NCBI GenBank assembly: GCA_013376995.1
Contig: JACAAZ010000021.1
Location: 9,952 to 73,951, forward strand
DNA from: Bacteroidota bacterium
GTDB lineage: Bacteria; Bacteroidota; Bacteroidia; Bacteroidales; UBA4417
Reading direction: 5' to 3'
DNA length: 64,000 nt
The notes under the pieces were generated by a model. The model worked only from the letters and a program-made list of their open reading frames with translations, searched no databases and was not told the DNA's origin. Shown piece by piece: positions 51,511 to 61,514 of the stretch (its first letter is position 1; each line of letters starts with the position of its first letter). The position numbers and the translations under genes are program-made.

Positions 51511-54500
51511 TCAATTATTATCATCTTTCATACAGCGAACACTCATATATTCAGAGCGATAACCATAATCATATGCAATAAAGTCATCCGAATAAGAGGA
51601 GAGTTCCCACATCCAACTTCGATCGGAGAAAGTACTGGTTGAGGCCCAGAAACTAGTATAACTACCCATTGTGTTTGGCAATGCTGAAAAGCCACTGGCA
51701 TTAGTAGCCCCTATATTAGGTAGGACCCATGTTGCACTTCCAACTTCTTTCATGCTTCCTCCGGCAAGGGGTTGGCCTCCAAGATAGTTTGAAAGTACTG
51801 TCCAATCATCTTGTGAAGGGATGTGCCAACCAGCAGGACAAATACCCTGAGATCCTGAAACAGTACTATACTGCATTGCTTCATCCCATTGATATAATCC
51901 ACCAGATATTTCACAATTATAATCCAAGTTATCTTCACAATATTTTTCGAGGATTCCATTATTTGTTTGATTCAGATCATAGCGAATTGAAACCCCTATA
52001 TTCAGGTTCTCTCTTAACCAACATTGGTCACCAATTTGGACTGTTTTATAACTTTTCCCTTCATAAATGATTGAATCTATTCCGGGACATGGAAAGCCAA
52101 AAGTAGCAGTCGAAAAATATCGTTCGCTTCCATACACAATACCGGCACCATTGATAGCATATGCCCGAACAAAATAGATAGTATCGGCTTGTAAATTTGT
52201 TATAGTACACTCAAAAAAACCACTTCCAACACCACTACTGATGTGAGAATCAGACGTTGTCGGGTTGTGACTAAAACTCCAGCAAACCCCACGTTCAGTA
52301 GCCTTCGTTCCACCTCGGGGAATAACTTCTCCACCAGTTTTTGCTGAGTGAGATGTAATATTTCTAATAGGTGATGTTGTAATCCCTGGAAATACTAGAC
52401 TATCATCTCTTAAACATCTTACACTCATTTTAATGTAAGGGTAAACCAGGGATTTTCCACAACCCATATTCACTTGAGCCTCTTCTAAATAACTACTCAA
52501 AGCTAATGTAGAAACAATATGAGGGGGGGGCCAGTATATACCACATAATGTTGAGGAAAACCATGATCCGTAATCACCTTTGCCTTCAGCGTTTGGATTA
52601 ATAGGTAATGCTGTAAATCCAGTTTCATTCGTAGCATCTGTATTCGGATAAAGCCAATGTGAATTACCGGCTTCCTTCATTTTGCTACCTGCAACAAAGC
52701 CAAGTAGATTCTCTAGATAGTAAAAGTCACTAAGCGAAGGAATATGCCATCCATCTGGACAAATACCTTGATCGCTTTGATAAGTTGAGTAATTCATCAT
52801 TTCATCCCATTGATATATCCCCCCAAAAACTGTGCAGTTAGAGTCCAGATCGTTCCAACAAAACTTTTCAATCAAATTATTATTTGTAGAGCTTGAATCA
52901 TTATCAATACGATTCCCAACATTCAAATTCTCTTTCAACCAACATTGATTCCCAATTTTGACTGTGTTGTATACCTGACCAGAATAGTATAATGAACTGA
53001 TTCCAGGACATGGCGTACCCATAGAAGGGGTGCTAAAGGTAAAAACGTTACCATACGCGGTATCACTGGAATTGATTGCATATGCTCTTACAAAATATGT
53101 TGTTGCACCATTCAATGAATTAATAATACTTGTATAATTCCCAGGTCCATTCCCATCAGTGGTATGCTGTGAATTAATAGTGGGATTTGTGGTTGTATTC
53201 CAACAGACTCCTCGTTTGATTATTGGGGAACAACCCTCGAATATAATATTCCCACCTGATTGTGCAGAACTGGATGTAATATTAGTTATCGGTGAGGTTA
53301 TAACAAATAATGAATAGGGTAGCTTGGACTTTACTATAGATGTTGAGTTGTTATCTACTAATGCCATGTCACTTCCATCAACAATTCCATCTCCATTTGC
53401 ATCATCAGAAACATAGCCTTTGGTGAGCGATGTTGACGAATTATCGACCGCCGCCATATCTGTTCCATCGACAATACCATCTTGATTTATATCACCTCCA
53501 TATATTGCAAATGTATTGTCATTCATTTGATTCAGGTTATTTCCATATGCTTTTGTTGGAAGATCGAAAGTATAGTTGATGACACCATCTGTAAATGAAA
53601 CAGGAAAAGCTGTAGTAGTTTCAATATGGTTTCGCTGTTTGATGGTAATGTAGAATGAACCTGTTAGTATGAGGGGTATTGCTACGGTTGCATTCCCATC
53701 CATACCTAAAACAACATTGGAGGTTGAGAATAAAACGTTATTATAATTCGTTGCACTATGCAATTCAACGGTTAGTTGGTCAGCAACACCCTCGCCAAAA
53801 TGGGGACCGAGGTTATCATTGGCTTGTCGCATTTGGTGGTTTCCAGTATATAAACCTTCAAGGAACAATGTCAGGTTGAGTGATTTGCAGGGATTAACTG
53901 CAATTGAGGAAATTGCACTGTTTGAACATATGCCATTATTGTATTCGTAAGAAAGAGTAAATACTCCGGGGCCAGATATTAATGGATCGAAATGATCACC
54001 TGTAACTCCAGGGCCGGTGAATGTACCACCATGAGGAGATCCAACAAGTAAAACAGCATTGTTTAGGGCACAAACAGGTTCTAGTGGAGCGAACGAAACA
54101 GTTGGTAGATCAGAAACGATAACAAATGTACTAGTCATTGAAGAGCATCCAACATCATCGGTAACTTCCAGATAATATGTACCGCTATCTTGAATTAAGA
54201 CATCATTTATGCTAGGATTCTGTGCATCTGACGTAAAGCCATTTGGTCCTGACCAAATATAGGATGTCATATCAGCCGGAGTTCCAATTAATTGAAGTGT
54301 ATTATGAAGACATATAGGGCTATTGCTTGAAGCTGATGGAGTAATATTTGGAAGAACTGTTACTGTTAGCGGAATGCAGTCCGAAAATCCACAGTCATCT
54401 TCCCACCTGGCAAAATAGGTTGTTGTTATTTCAGGTGAAGGAATAGTAAGATGATTCCCCGATCCAATTGAAATGCCTTCGCAGCTACCAGAAAACCAAA

Positions 54501-57500
54501 GCATATTGTTTCCACTTCCACCGTTAGCAGTCAGTTCAATTGACCCATTATCATCTGCACAGATACTATTACGATTACTGGATGCTGATTCTGGGGTGAC
54601 AGGCAAAGCTTTCACAGTAAGATCCATCATTGAACTCGCCACGCCACATGGACCTATACCATCAGGATCGTTTGCTGAAAGAGTAAGTGTAACAGTACCA
54701 CTGTTTATATCCGGAGTGTATTCCGTTGATAATGAACCGGGATCAGAGAAGCTGCCAGTCGGGGCACTCCAGTAAGTTGTTGTGTAGAAACCTCCGATGG
54801 TTCCATTCAAGTGAATAGTTTCTCCTTCACAAGCAGTTTGTGGCAAACCTGCAAAAGGTGTTGCTTGAGGGCTAAAAGTAATATCAATATCATCTGCTGA
54901 AATACAGGAACCTGAGAAAATGTTTAGCGATAGAGTAACAGTCCCATTCAAAATATCCTCTTCACTTGGGACATATTCTGCATTTAGTATATTGGCATTA
55001 TCAAATGTTCCAGTTCCAACACTTGTCCAGAGGGCAATTGGTGAACCTGAATATGGAGAATAAGAACCACTCATAATAACATTTGGAGAACCGGAACATA
55101 CAGTTTGATCAGGACCGGCATACGCAACTTTTAGAGTGGACACTACAATCGATAGATTCCGTGCTGTACTTGATCCACAACTATTGCTGGCTGTAACACT
55201 AAGTGTTCCATTAGTTGCGTTGGCCAAGAAATCCATTGTTATGTTGCTAGATCCATTTCCATAAATGACACCCCCGGTCCCGCTATAATTCCAATTGTAT
55301 GTCACACCCTCAATATTATTGACAGAATATACGACTCCTAATACTTGGGCACATATAAACTTGTTTGATGCAGGTGAAATTACAGAAGGCAAAACTGGAA
55401 TGGATTTTACATCGACATAGTATATAACAGGCTGTTGGGCCGAACATCCATTGGCATCACTATAGTTCACACTGACTGATTGAACACCTGAAGAAGTCCA
55501 GGTAATAGTGGCAGTATTACTATATCCTGTTCCACCGGCAGTAATTGTTCCACCAACTACGTTCCAGACATAACTAGTCATACCGACTTGGGTAGTATAG
55601 ACGTTTCCTGTTGAATTAAGACAGCCTGTCGATGGACCTGAAATTGTAGGTGTCGGAAGTGGGTTGACCGGTACATATAATACAAAAGGAGCTGCCCCAG
55701 GACAACCATCCGGGTTGGTGAAGTTAACGCGGACTGATTGATTACCTGATAAAGTCCAAGAAATAATAGCAGTTGCATCAGATCCAGATCCACCAGATGT
55801 AATTGAACCGCCTTCCGCACTCCAGGTATATCCTGACATGCTGGCTTGGGTAGTGTAAACATTACCCGTTGAGTTAAGACAAGCAGGCGAAGGCCCAGAG
55901 AGCGTTGGAGAAGTTAAAGGATAAATATTAACAGAGGAAGTTGTAACCTGTGAAGCTTCACCACAACTATTGCTCGCTGCTAAATAATAAATTCCGGCTC
56001 CAGCCATAGTTATATTTGGGATAGATGAATTTTCTGCAGTGGAAGTAAATCCGGCTGGTCCAACCCAGCTCCAACTGCTAGCTCCAGACGCACTGCCCGT
56101 CAAATACAATGTATCACCTTCACAAATTGGATTTGGAGACACAGAGGCTGTTAATGAATTAGGAATATTGTTTACCGTTAATAAACGACTTCTGAGTGGG
56201 GCGGTACCACAAAGATTTGATGGGGTGACACTTACAGTTCCACCTTCAGATCCTACAGTGACGTTCACAGAGCTCGTACCTTGTCCTGAAGTAATTGTCC
56301 ATTCTGTTGGAAATTCCCAGGAATATGTAGTTCCTAAAATATTGGTGACATTGTAGGATTGAGCAGAACCATAACAAGGAGATGACATACCTACAATATT
56401 GCTTGGTTGCGGAAGAGGTGAGACAACAGTGATATCTGTTGAATTATTTGTAGTGATAAGGCTATTACAATTTTGAGCACCAGTCCCGGTACCTGTTCCT
56501 GAAGCTAAATTTGTTATAGTAATGGTAGTAATACCCGGATTTGTTAAGTAAACTGTGTTGAATGACCCTATACCAGCATTAGTCACTGTCATCGATGCAG
56601 TTTGTCCAATAGCTGCATTTGGAGTACTCAAATTATATGTAACAGTGTATATGCCTACTGGAAGACCATCAGCAGTGCCTGAAAGATTTATTTGACTGTC
56701 GCTTCCTGCGCAGACTGAAGAATTTGCCGAGGTACTCATTATGTTATAATTAGGGCAATTCCAGCTAATTATTACAAGTCCATTTGCACCAGAACCTCCC
56801 CATGGAAGAAAAGGAATCCCCAGCATTGTGCTTGATCCGCCACCCCCTCCACCATAATCATTTCCATTTCCTCCAGGGCCTGTACCTTGATATCCTGATC
56901 CACCAGATCCTCCAAATTGTGGAGTTCCAAGACCGCCTGTTTGAATCAAAGCATTGCCACCAGCACCATTTGTACCAGCTCCACCACCGCCACCACCACT
57001 TGATTGGTAGCTTGTACCATATGCGCCATCACCACCTTTATAACTCATATTTCCAATACAATTGGAGATACTTCCACCTTCACCTCGAGTATTGGAATTA
57101 TACAATGCTCCAGCGCCACCAGCCGCTCTAACTGTGTTAATATTGAAGCTCGAATTTTCGCCCGATGTGTTTGCTGCTCCACCTGCACCAACAATTACAC
57201 TATAATTTATACCAGGAATAACAGAAACCGTTGAACTGGCATATGCGCCACCTCCACCTCCTCCACCATTTCTGCTGAGACTCGTGATTGATGAGCCACC
57301 TCCACCTCCGCCCCAGGCATGAACTGTAATACTTGTTACACCAGCAGGAACTGTAAAAGATTGACCGCTTCCTGTTGAAGTGAATGTCTGTGATTGTGTA
57401 AATGCCTGGCTACTTAGAATAATCATCAACAGAAATAAAAGGGCTCTGACTAGGTTCTTTGATGCTCTTCTGCATTTCAGTTTTGATGGAGTGTTCTGTT

Positions 57501-57504
57501 TCAT
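51511..57504 (-). CDS. 1997 aa secreted adhesin-like protein: glycine-rich domain, PKD/Ig-like repeats, internal dockerin-like module, two (FN3-like + FISUMP) units
   Basis: FTVPAGVTSITVHAWGGGGGG; SWTGPxGFTS-type repeats; YxTVxIGxQCWLxENL...GICPxGWHIPS...SVRC twice. Confidence 0.82.
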   Translation of the reverse strand: MKQNTPSKLKCRRASKNLVRALLFLLMIILSSQAFTQSQTFTSTGSGQSFTVPAGVTSITVHAWGGGGGGSSITSLSRNGGGGGGGAYASSTVSVIPGINYSVIVGAGGAANTSGENSSFNINTVRAAGGAGALYNSNTRGEGGSISNCIGNMSYKGGDGAYGTSYQSSGGGGGGAGTNGAGGNALIQTGGLGTPQFGGSGGSGYQGTGPGGNGNDYGGGGGGSSTMLGIPFLPWGGSGANGLVIISWNCPNYNIMSTSANSSVCAGSDSQINLSGTADGLPVGIYTVTYNLSTPNAAIGQTASMTVTNAGIGSFNTVYLTNPGITTITITNLASGTGTGTGAQNCNSLITTNNSTDITVVSPLPQPSNIVGMSSPCYGSAQSYNVTNILGTTYSWEFPTEWTITSGQGTSSVNVTVGSEGGTVSVTPSNLCGTAPLRSRLLTVNNIPNSLTASVSPNPICEGDTLYLTGSASGASSWSWVGPAGFTSTAENSSIPNITMAGAGIYYLAASNSCGEASQVTTSSVNIYPLTSPTLSGPSPACLNSTGNVYTTQASMSGYTWSAEGGSITSGGSGSDATAIISWTLSGNQSVRVNFTNPDGCPGAAPFVLYVPVNPLPTPTISGPSTGCLNSTGNVYTTQVGMTSYVWNVVGGTITAGGTGYSNTATITWTSSGVQSVSVNYSDANGCSAQQPVIYYVDVKSIPVLPSVISPASNKFICAQVLGVVYSVNNIEGVTYNWNYSGTGGVIYGNGSSNITMDFLANATNGTLSVTASNSCGSSTARNLSIVVSTLKVAYAGPDQTVCSGSPNVIMSGSYSPYSGSPIALWTSVGTGTFDNANILNAEYVPSEEDILNGTVTLSLNIFSGSCISADDIDITFSPQATPFAGLPQTACEGETIHLNGTIGGFYTTTYWSAPTGSFSDPGSLSTEYTPDINSGTVTLTLSANDPDGIGPCGVASSMMDLTVKALPVTPESASSNRNSICADDNGSIELTANGGSGNNMLWFSGSCEGISIGSGNHLTIPSPEITTTYFARWEDDCGFSDCIPLTVTVLPNITPSASSNSPICLHNTLQLIGTPADMTSYIWSGPNGFTSDAQNPSINDVLIQDSGTYYLEVTDDVGCSSMTSTFVIVSDLPTVSFAPLEPVCALNNAVLLVGSPHGGTFTGPGVTGDHFDPLISGPGVFTLSYEYNNGICSNSAISSIAVNPCKSLNLTLFLEGLYTGNHQMRQANDNLGPHFGEGVADQLTVELHSATNYNNVLFSTSNVVLGMDGNATVAIPLILTGSFYITIKQRNHIETTTAFPVSFTDGVINYTFDLPTKAYGNNLNQMNDNTFAIYGGDINQDGIVDGTDMAAVDNSSTSLTKGYVSDDANGDGIVDGSDMALVDNNSTSIVKSKLPYSLFVITSPITNITSSSAQSGGNIIFEGCSPIIKRGVCWNTTTNPTINSQHTTDGNGPGNYTSIINSLNGATTYFVRAYAINSSDTAYGNVFTFSTPSMGTPCPGISSLYYSGQVYNTVKIGNQCWLKENLNVGNRIDNDSSSTNNNLIEKFCWNDLDSNCTVFGGIYQWDEMMNYSTYQSDQGICPDGWHIPSLSDFYYLENLLGFVAGSKMKEAGNSHWLYPNTDATNETGFTALPINPNAEGKGDYGSWFSSTLCGIYWPPPHIVSTLALSSYLEEAQVNMGCGKSLVYPYIKMSVRCLRDDSLVFPGITTSPIRNITSHSAKTGGEVIPRGGTKATERGVCWSFSHNPTTSDSHISSGVGSGFFECTITNLQADTIYFVRAYAINGAGIVYGSERYFSTATFGFPCPGIDSIIYEGKSYKTVQIGDQCWLRENLNIGVSIRYDLNQTNNGILEKYCEDNLDYNCEISGGLYQWDEAMQYSTVSGSQGICPAGWHIPSQDDWTVLSNYLGGQPLAGGSMKEVGSATWVLPNIGATNASGFSALPNTMGSYTSFWASTSTFSDRSWMWELSSYSDDFIAYDYGYRSEYMSVRCMKDDNN

Positions 57505-57973
57505 AATAAATAATAATTATGGGATTGAACTCGAATAAAGTAAATGGCTGATTTATAAGTAGAGTGGTGTTGGGGGAGTAATAATGGCGAAAATTAAACA
57601 ACCTCAAGTCGAGAATAATAAGACAAGAGCTCTTAAAAAGTTGAATAAAGTAGACAGGTTTAGTATGTAAGATAATTTCACATAAATATAAGGTTATCTC
57701 ATATATGTGGTAAGGTTTGGTCAGGATAATTTATAAAATAAGTTCAATGTGAAAAGATAACACTGATAGACGCATTGTGCGTGTATGAGTTGTCTGAATA
57801 CAGGAAGTTTGACAATAATTGGTAATTGTTGTCATTCCCTGCCACAAATCCTTTCGATGTATAAATTCCGTTTCCGGTCTTTAGATATAGCTAATTGCGA
57901 AATTACATAACCGGCATGTACTTTTTAAGTTATTGGCAGACAGCTCCAGTTGATTTTATTAAAAATATTCCGT

Positions 57974-58936
57974 CTATAAGTAAAGTCTCCTGATTTTGTT
58001 AAATCCTGTGACAACATACAAAGGCACATCCCTGTCATTACTTGAAAATTCACCTTTTACAGTGAATAGATCAGGTAGTATTGACTCCGGTTTTACTTTC
58101 ATTTCTTTAATCTGTGAAGCGAAATAGAGTTGTGCTTTATTAGGCCCCCCATATGATTCACAAGCATGATCCCGGTAACCGGAGGGCATATTTTGCAGGT
58201 CCCAGCTGTATACTTTCTGTATCCGTTGGAGTGGCATATGAGATCTGTTAGAAACGAGTAAGCTATTCAATACTGTTGCTTCTGCAAGTGCTTCTGATAG
58301 CCAGTTTGGTGAATGATGGACTTCCTTGTCAATTTCTGCAAGGGCTTTATAATGTGATCTGTGTGTTGTTAATTCGAGCTTGGTAGCATAACGTTCCGTT
58401 TGATAATGATATAGTTCATGTCGATATACAGCGAAGAAATACATGAGAAGTGTTTCTTCCCGAGTATATTTATCAGTTTTGAAATATTCAAAGAGATCTT
58501 CCGCGTGTTTCTTCAAAATTTCCGGGAAGAGATATATACCCCAATCACAATTGTGGTAATAGTGGAAAGGTAAATATAACCCAAATGCCTCTGTGCCATA
58601 TAAAGAAACCAGATTACGGATCGCTTGTGGATCTAAGTCTGAGGAACCAATCTTATCTAAGAATTCTATAAGTTTATTGGCATCATAGATTTCAGTATCT
58701 AATAACAAGGAAGTATTAATCTGCTCTATGTGTAACTCAGGTGATACTGGGGATATGGTATCTAGATTTTCCGTCCAGGGAACTATTGAATCGATGAATC
58801 CCTCAGGAAGCAACGTTTGAAACGATTGACGACGAGCACATTGATTGTCAAGGGCATGGGGTATATATTTATTAAGATAAGCATACTCGGGACGGAAGGT
58901 TGTTTCTGCTTTGTAGAAGGACCAATGGTTTTTCAT
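57974..58936 (-). CDS. Hypothetical cytoplasmic protein with HExxH zinc-metallopeptidase-like motif
   Basis: RHELYH followed about 35 aa later by SEALAE (gluzincin-like). Confidence 0.6.
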   Translation of the reverse strand: MKNHWSFYKAETTFRPEYAYLNKYIPHALDNQCARRQSFQTLLPEGFIDSIVPWTENLDTISPVSPELHIEQINTSLLLDTEIYDANKLIEFLDKIGSSDLDPQAIRNLVSLYGTEAFGLYLPFHYYHNCDWGIYLFPEILKKHAEDLFEYFKTDKYTREETLLMYFFAVYRHELYHYQTERYATKLELTTHRSHYKALAEIDKEVHHSPNWLSEALAEATVLNSLLVSNRSHMPLQRIQKVYSWDLQNMPSGYRDHACESYGGPNKAQLYFASQIKEMKVKPESILPDLFTVKGEFSSNDRDVPLYVVTGFNKIRRLYL

Positions 58937-59010
58937 GAGTTTAATATTTGATAAACAAAAATTATTTTAGTGAAACTACTATGGTTTTTTTATTCAGAAT
59001 TAAAATGAAG

Positions 59011-61368
59011 CTATTCATTGTTAGGAGGACATTCCCAACCTAACAATTCAATTGCCTCACCAAATTTTTCTTTGTAATCAGCAATATCCTTTAGATCAAT
59101 GAAATCCTGTAAATTCATTTCGCGCCATCCAAGATCATTATTGACCTTTTTTCCATCAAATTTTCGATAAATATTCAACGCTTCCTCTTTTCTCCCAGAT
59201 AACAAGAGGTAATGGGCATAATTACCGGCGGTGTACAGATCTGTTTCTTTCATATACGATGGAATAAGCTTTGATATGAATTCACATAGCCGAAAATCGT
59301 TTTTAATTAATGGATACCATAAAGCCGCTTTAAATGATTGTATGTTTCCAATTCCAAAATATTTCATATCAAAGAGTTGAATTGCTCTTATCCTGTGTAT
59401 GTAAAAATTTCTCTCTGCATTCCTGAGATTACAAAATGCAACAATTAAAGAGTCTTTTTCATCATAATAGTTTGCCCACTGTTTATCTCCATAATAATCT
59501 TGTGAATCAGACCGGTAACTTACAAACATGATATTCCTAAAGGTGATTGCTAACTTGGCATCACTATATTCTATTCGTATTGGACTATAACTATATATCG
59601 CTTCTTTAACGAGTTCTATTAATTTATCATCAGTTATATTATCGGGATTATTGTAAAGAGGATATTTGAAGGGGGAATCCAGCCCTTCAACATCAAGAAT
59701 CACCTCAAAGGGGAAAAAAGTGATTTTCTCTTCAACTAAGTCAAATCCTGAAATTCCAATTTTGTATACTTGTTTTTTGATCTCATAATCTTCAAGTATT
59801 TGATGATCTTCGAAAGGGTAGGTAGTTAACCTGATATATTTTTTATTGATTTGGTTTAATTTACTCTCAAGCTCAGAATAGTCAACCAGAGGAAGGATAT
59901 CTTCTCCAGGAGGTACTCCTGTGAAAGGTGAGTCATCAAAAAATGGATCATTAAAAACATCTGCTGAATCTATGTTTAAATATTTTTCTCGATAGTTATC
60001 GCTTGCATATCCTTCAGCTTGCTCATAGCTCCATCGGGGTACAAATTCCGGATGAAAGTCCTCTATTAAGGAATCAAATAGAGACACATCGGTTATTTTT
60101 TTTAATATCGAGGCTATATATTTTACACAGTCTTCCCTATTCAAGTAGACTAGCTCTTCACTGAACCGAATAACAACCCAACCTTGATTTACAAAATAGA
60201 GATTGCGAAGGTAGTCCTGAGATCCTTTGTAATGAATTGGCTTGCGGGTTACAATATCATAAGGCTCGTCGATTTCGATATCAATACACAAGTTATATTT
60301 CTGCCAAAAGAGGGCAAGATCGGGACGATAACTGTAATCTCTGTTTTTAATACTAAGATTAATATTTTCAAGAATTTCTAAATCTGTAGCATATGTTTTT
60401 AGTATTTGGAGGGCCTCGGCCAATAAGGGCTCAGTAATACCTGTAGTAATGTTTGATTTTGCGTCATGCCATTTCAAAATGGGTGTATTCAACTTAGGAT
60501 AAAAAACATCTGGAAAGTTATCGCTATCACCTTTATTGAATTGCCTCATATTAAATAGAAACACCCCCAGGTATTCAAATTCCGTTAACTCTCTCTCAAT
60601 ACTATTTTTAGCACGTTTCCCAACATTTATTCCTTTATGTTGAATAACAATACCTTCTATTTTCTGCAGCTTATTTAAGGCGGTTTCCTTAGAATGTTCA
60701 ATTTCTGCTTTAGTAAGGCTTTGATCCTTTAATAGGTTCAATTCAGACTGGAGACTTGTAATTTGTTCCCAGCTCTTGTCAATGGTCTGTTGTAAATTTA
60801 TAATTATTTCACTTTTTTCTCTGGAATTTGCAAGTTCAGTTTGATTTTGGCTTAATGTTTCTTTTAAGCTACGAACCAATTCCAATTGTTTTGACTCAAT
60901 ATCTCTGTAAGAATCTATTTCAGATTCTATCTGAAGAATAGTATTTCTCTGGCTTTCGCATTTTTTCTCAACATCTTTCAGTTTAGAATTAACATATTGA
61001 ACCTTATCTGTTTCTACATGTAATAATTCAACAAGTTTCTCCCTTTCGCCAGATAATTCTTGATTTTCGCGCTTTATTTCTTCATATTGTTGTAGTATTT
61101 CCCTATTGCTAGCGAGTAAATCATCATTTTTAGATTTAACTTCTCCATTTATTTTTTGAAGGATATTAATTTCATTGTTATTTCCTTGAAGAATAAGTTC
61201 TTTATGATGAATTTGTTCGTTTAATAAATCCTGCTGTTCTAAAAGTTCTGTGTTTAATTGTTTATATGAATCATTTGAAGATTGAAGTGACTGGTTAATA
61301 GATATTAATCCTTGAATATCAATCCTAAAGAAAAATTTTATAATTCTATAAACTATTTTTTTTATCAC
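59011..61368 (-). CDS. Coiled-coil + DUF559/Vsr-like nuclease + WYL + TPR-like protein
   Basis: About 230 aa heptad region; YRPDLAL...DIEIDEPY...RNLYF..QGWVVIRFSEE; AI.....IRIEYSD...AFCNLRNAERNFYIHRI (WYL); NYAHYLLLSGRKEEALNIY. Confidence 0.72.
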   Translation of the reverse strand: MIKKIVYRIIKFFFRIDIQGLISINQSLQSSNDSYKQLNTELLEQQDLLNEQIHHKELILQGNNNEINILQKINGEVKSKNDDLLASNREILQQYEEIKRENQELSGEREKLVELLHVETDKVQYVNSKLKDVEKKCESQRNTILQIESEIDSYRDIESKQLELVRSLKETLSQNQTELANSREKSEIIINLQQTIDKSWEQITSLQSELNLLKDQSLTKAEIEHSKETALNKLQKIEGIVIQHKGINVGKRAKNSIERELTEFEYLGVFLFNMRQFNKGDSDNFPDVFYPKLNTPILKWHDAKSNITTGITEPLLAEALQILKTYATDLEILENINLSIKNRDYSYRPDLALFWQKYNLCIDIEIDEPYDIVTRKPIHYKGSQDYLRNLYFVNQGWVVIRFSEELVYLNREDCVKYIASILKKITDVSLFDSLIEDFHPEFVPRWSYEQAEGYASDNYREKYLNIDSADVFNDPFFDDSPFTGVPPGEDILPLVDYSELESKLNQINKKYIRLTTYPFEDHQILEDYEIKKQVYKIGISGFDLVEEKITFFPFEVILDVEGLDSPFKYPLYNNPDNITDDKLIELVKEAIYSYSPIRIEYSDAKLAITFRNIMFVSYRSDSQDYYGDKQWANYYDEKDSLIVAFCNLRNAERNFYIHRIRAIQLFDMKYFGIGNIQSFKAALWYPLIKNDFRLCEFISKLIPSYMKETDLYTAGNYAHYLLLSGRKEEALNIYRKFDGKKVNNDLGWREMNLQDFIDLKDIADYKEKFGEAIELLGWECPPNNE

Positions 61369-61514
61369 AAGCGTTTAAGAGTTAATGAATTATAAAAGTT
61401 TAACCTACTCATTTAAGGGCAGCTTTCGTTATATTTTTGAGCTAGAAGGAATTTTTTCCAAATCTGGCATATACTCCTTCAATCTTCTCCAAAGTAATTC
61501 TCTAATTTGAATTC

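Noticed and set aside
51511-53030. FISUMP tandem as a possible diversity-generating retroelement target
   Set aside because: No reverse transcriptase or near-identical template/variable repeat in the window; the two copies differ throughout, not just at adenines.
61429-61514. Short open frame behind hsdR (…RELLWRRLKEYMPDLEKIPSSSKI*) with repeated AAGGAGTAT
   Set aside because: Only 13 codons from the ATG; cannot be told from chance or a tiny gene remnant.
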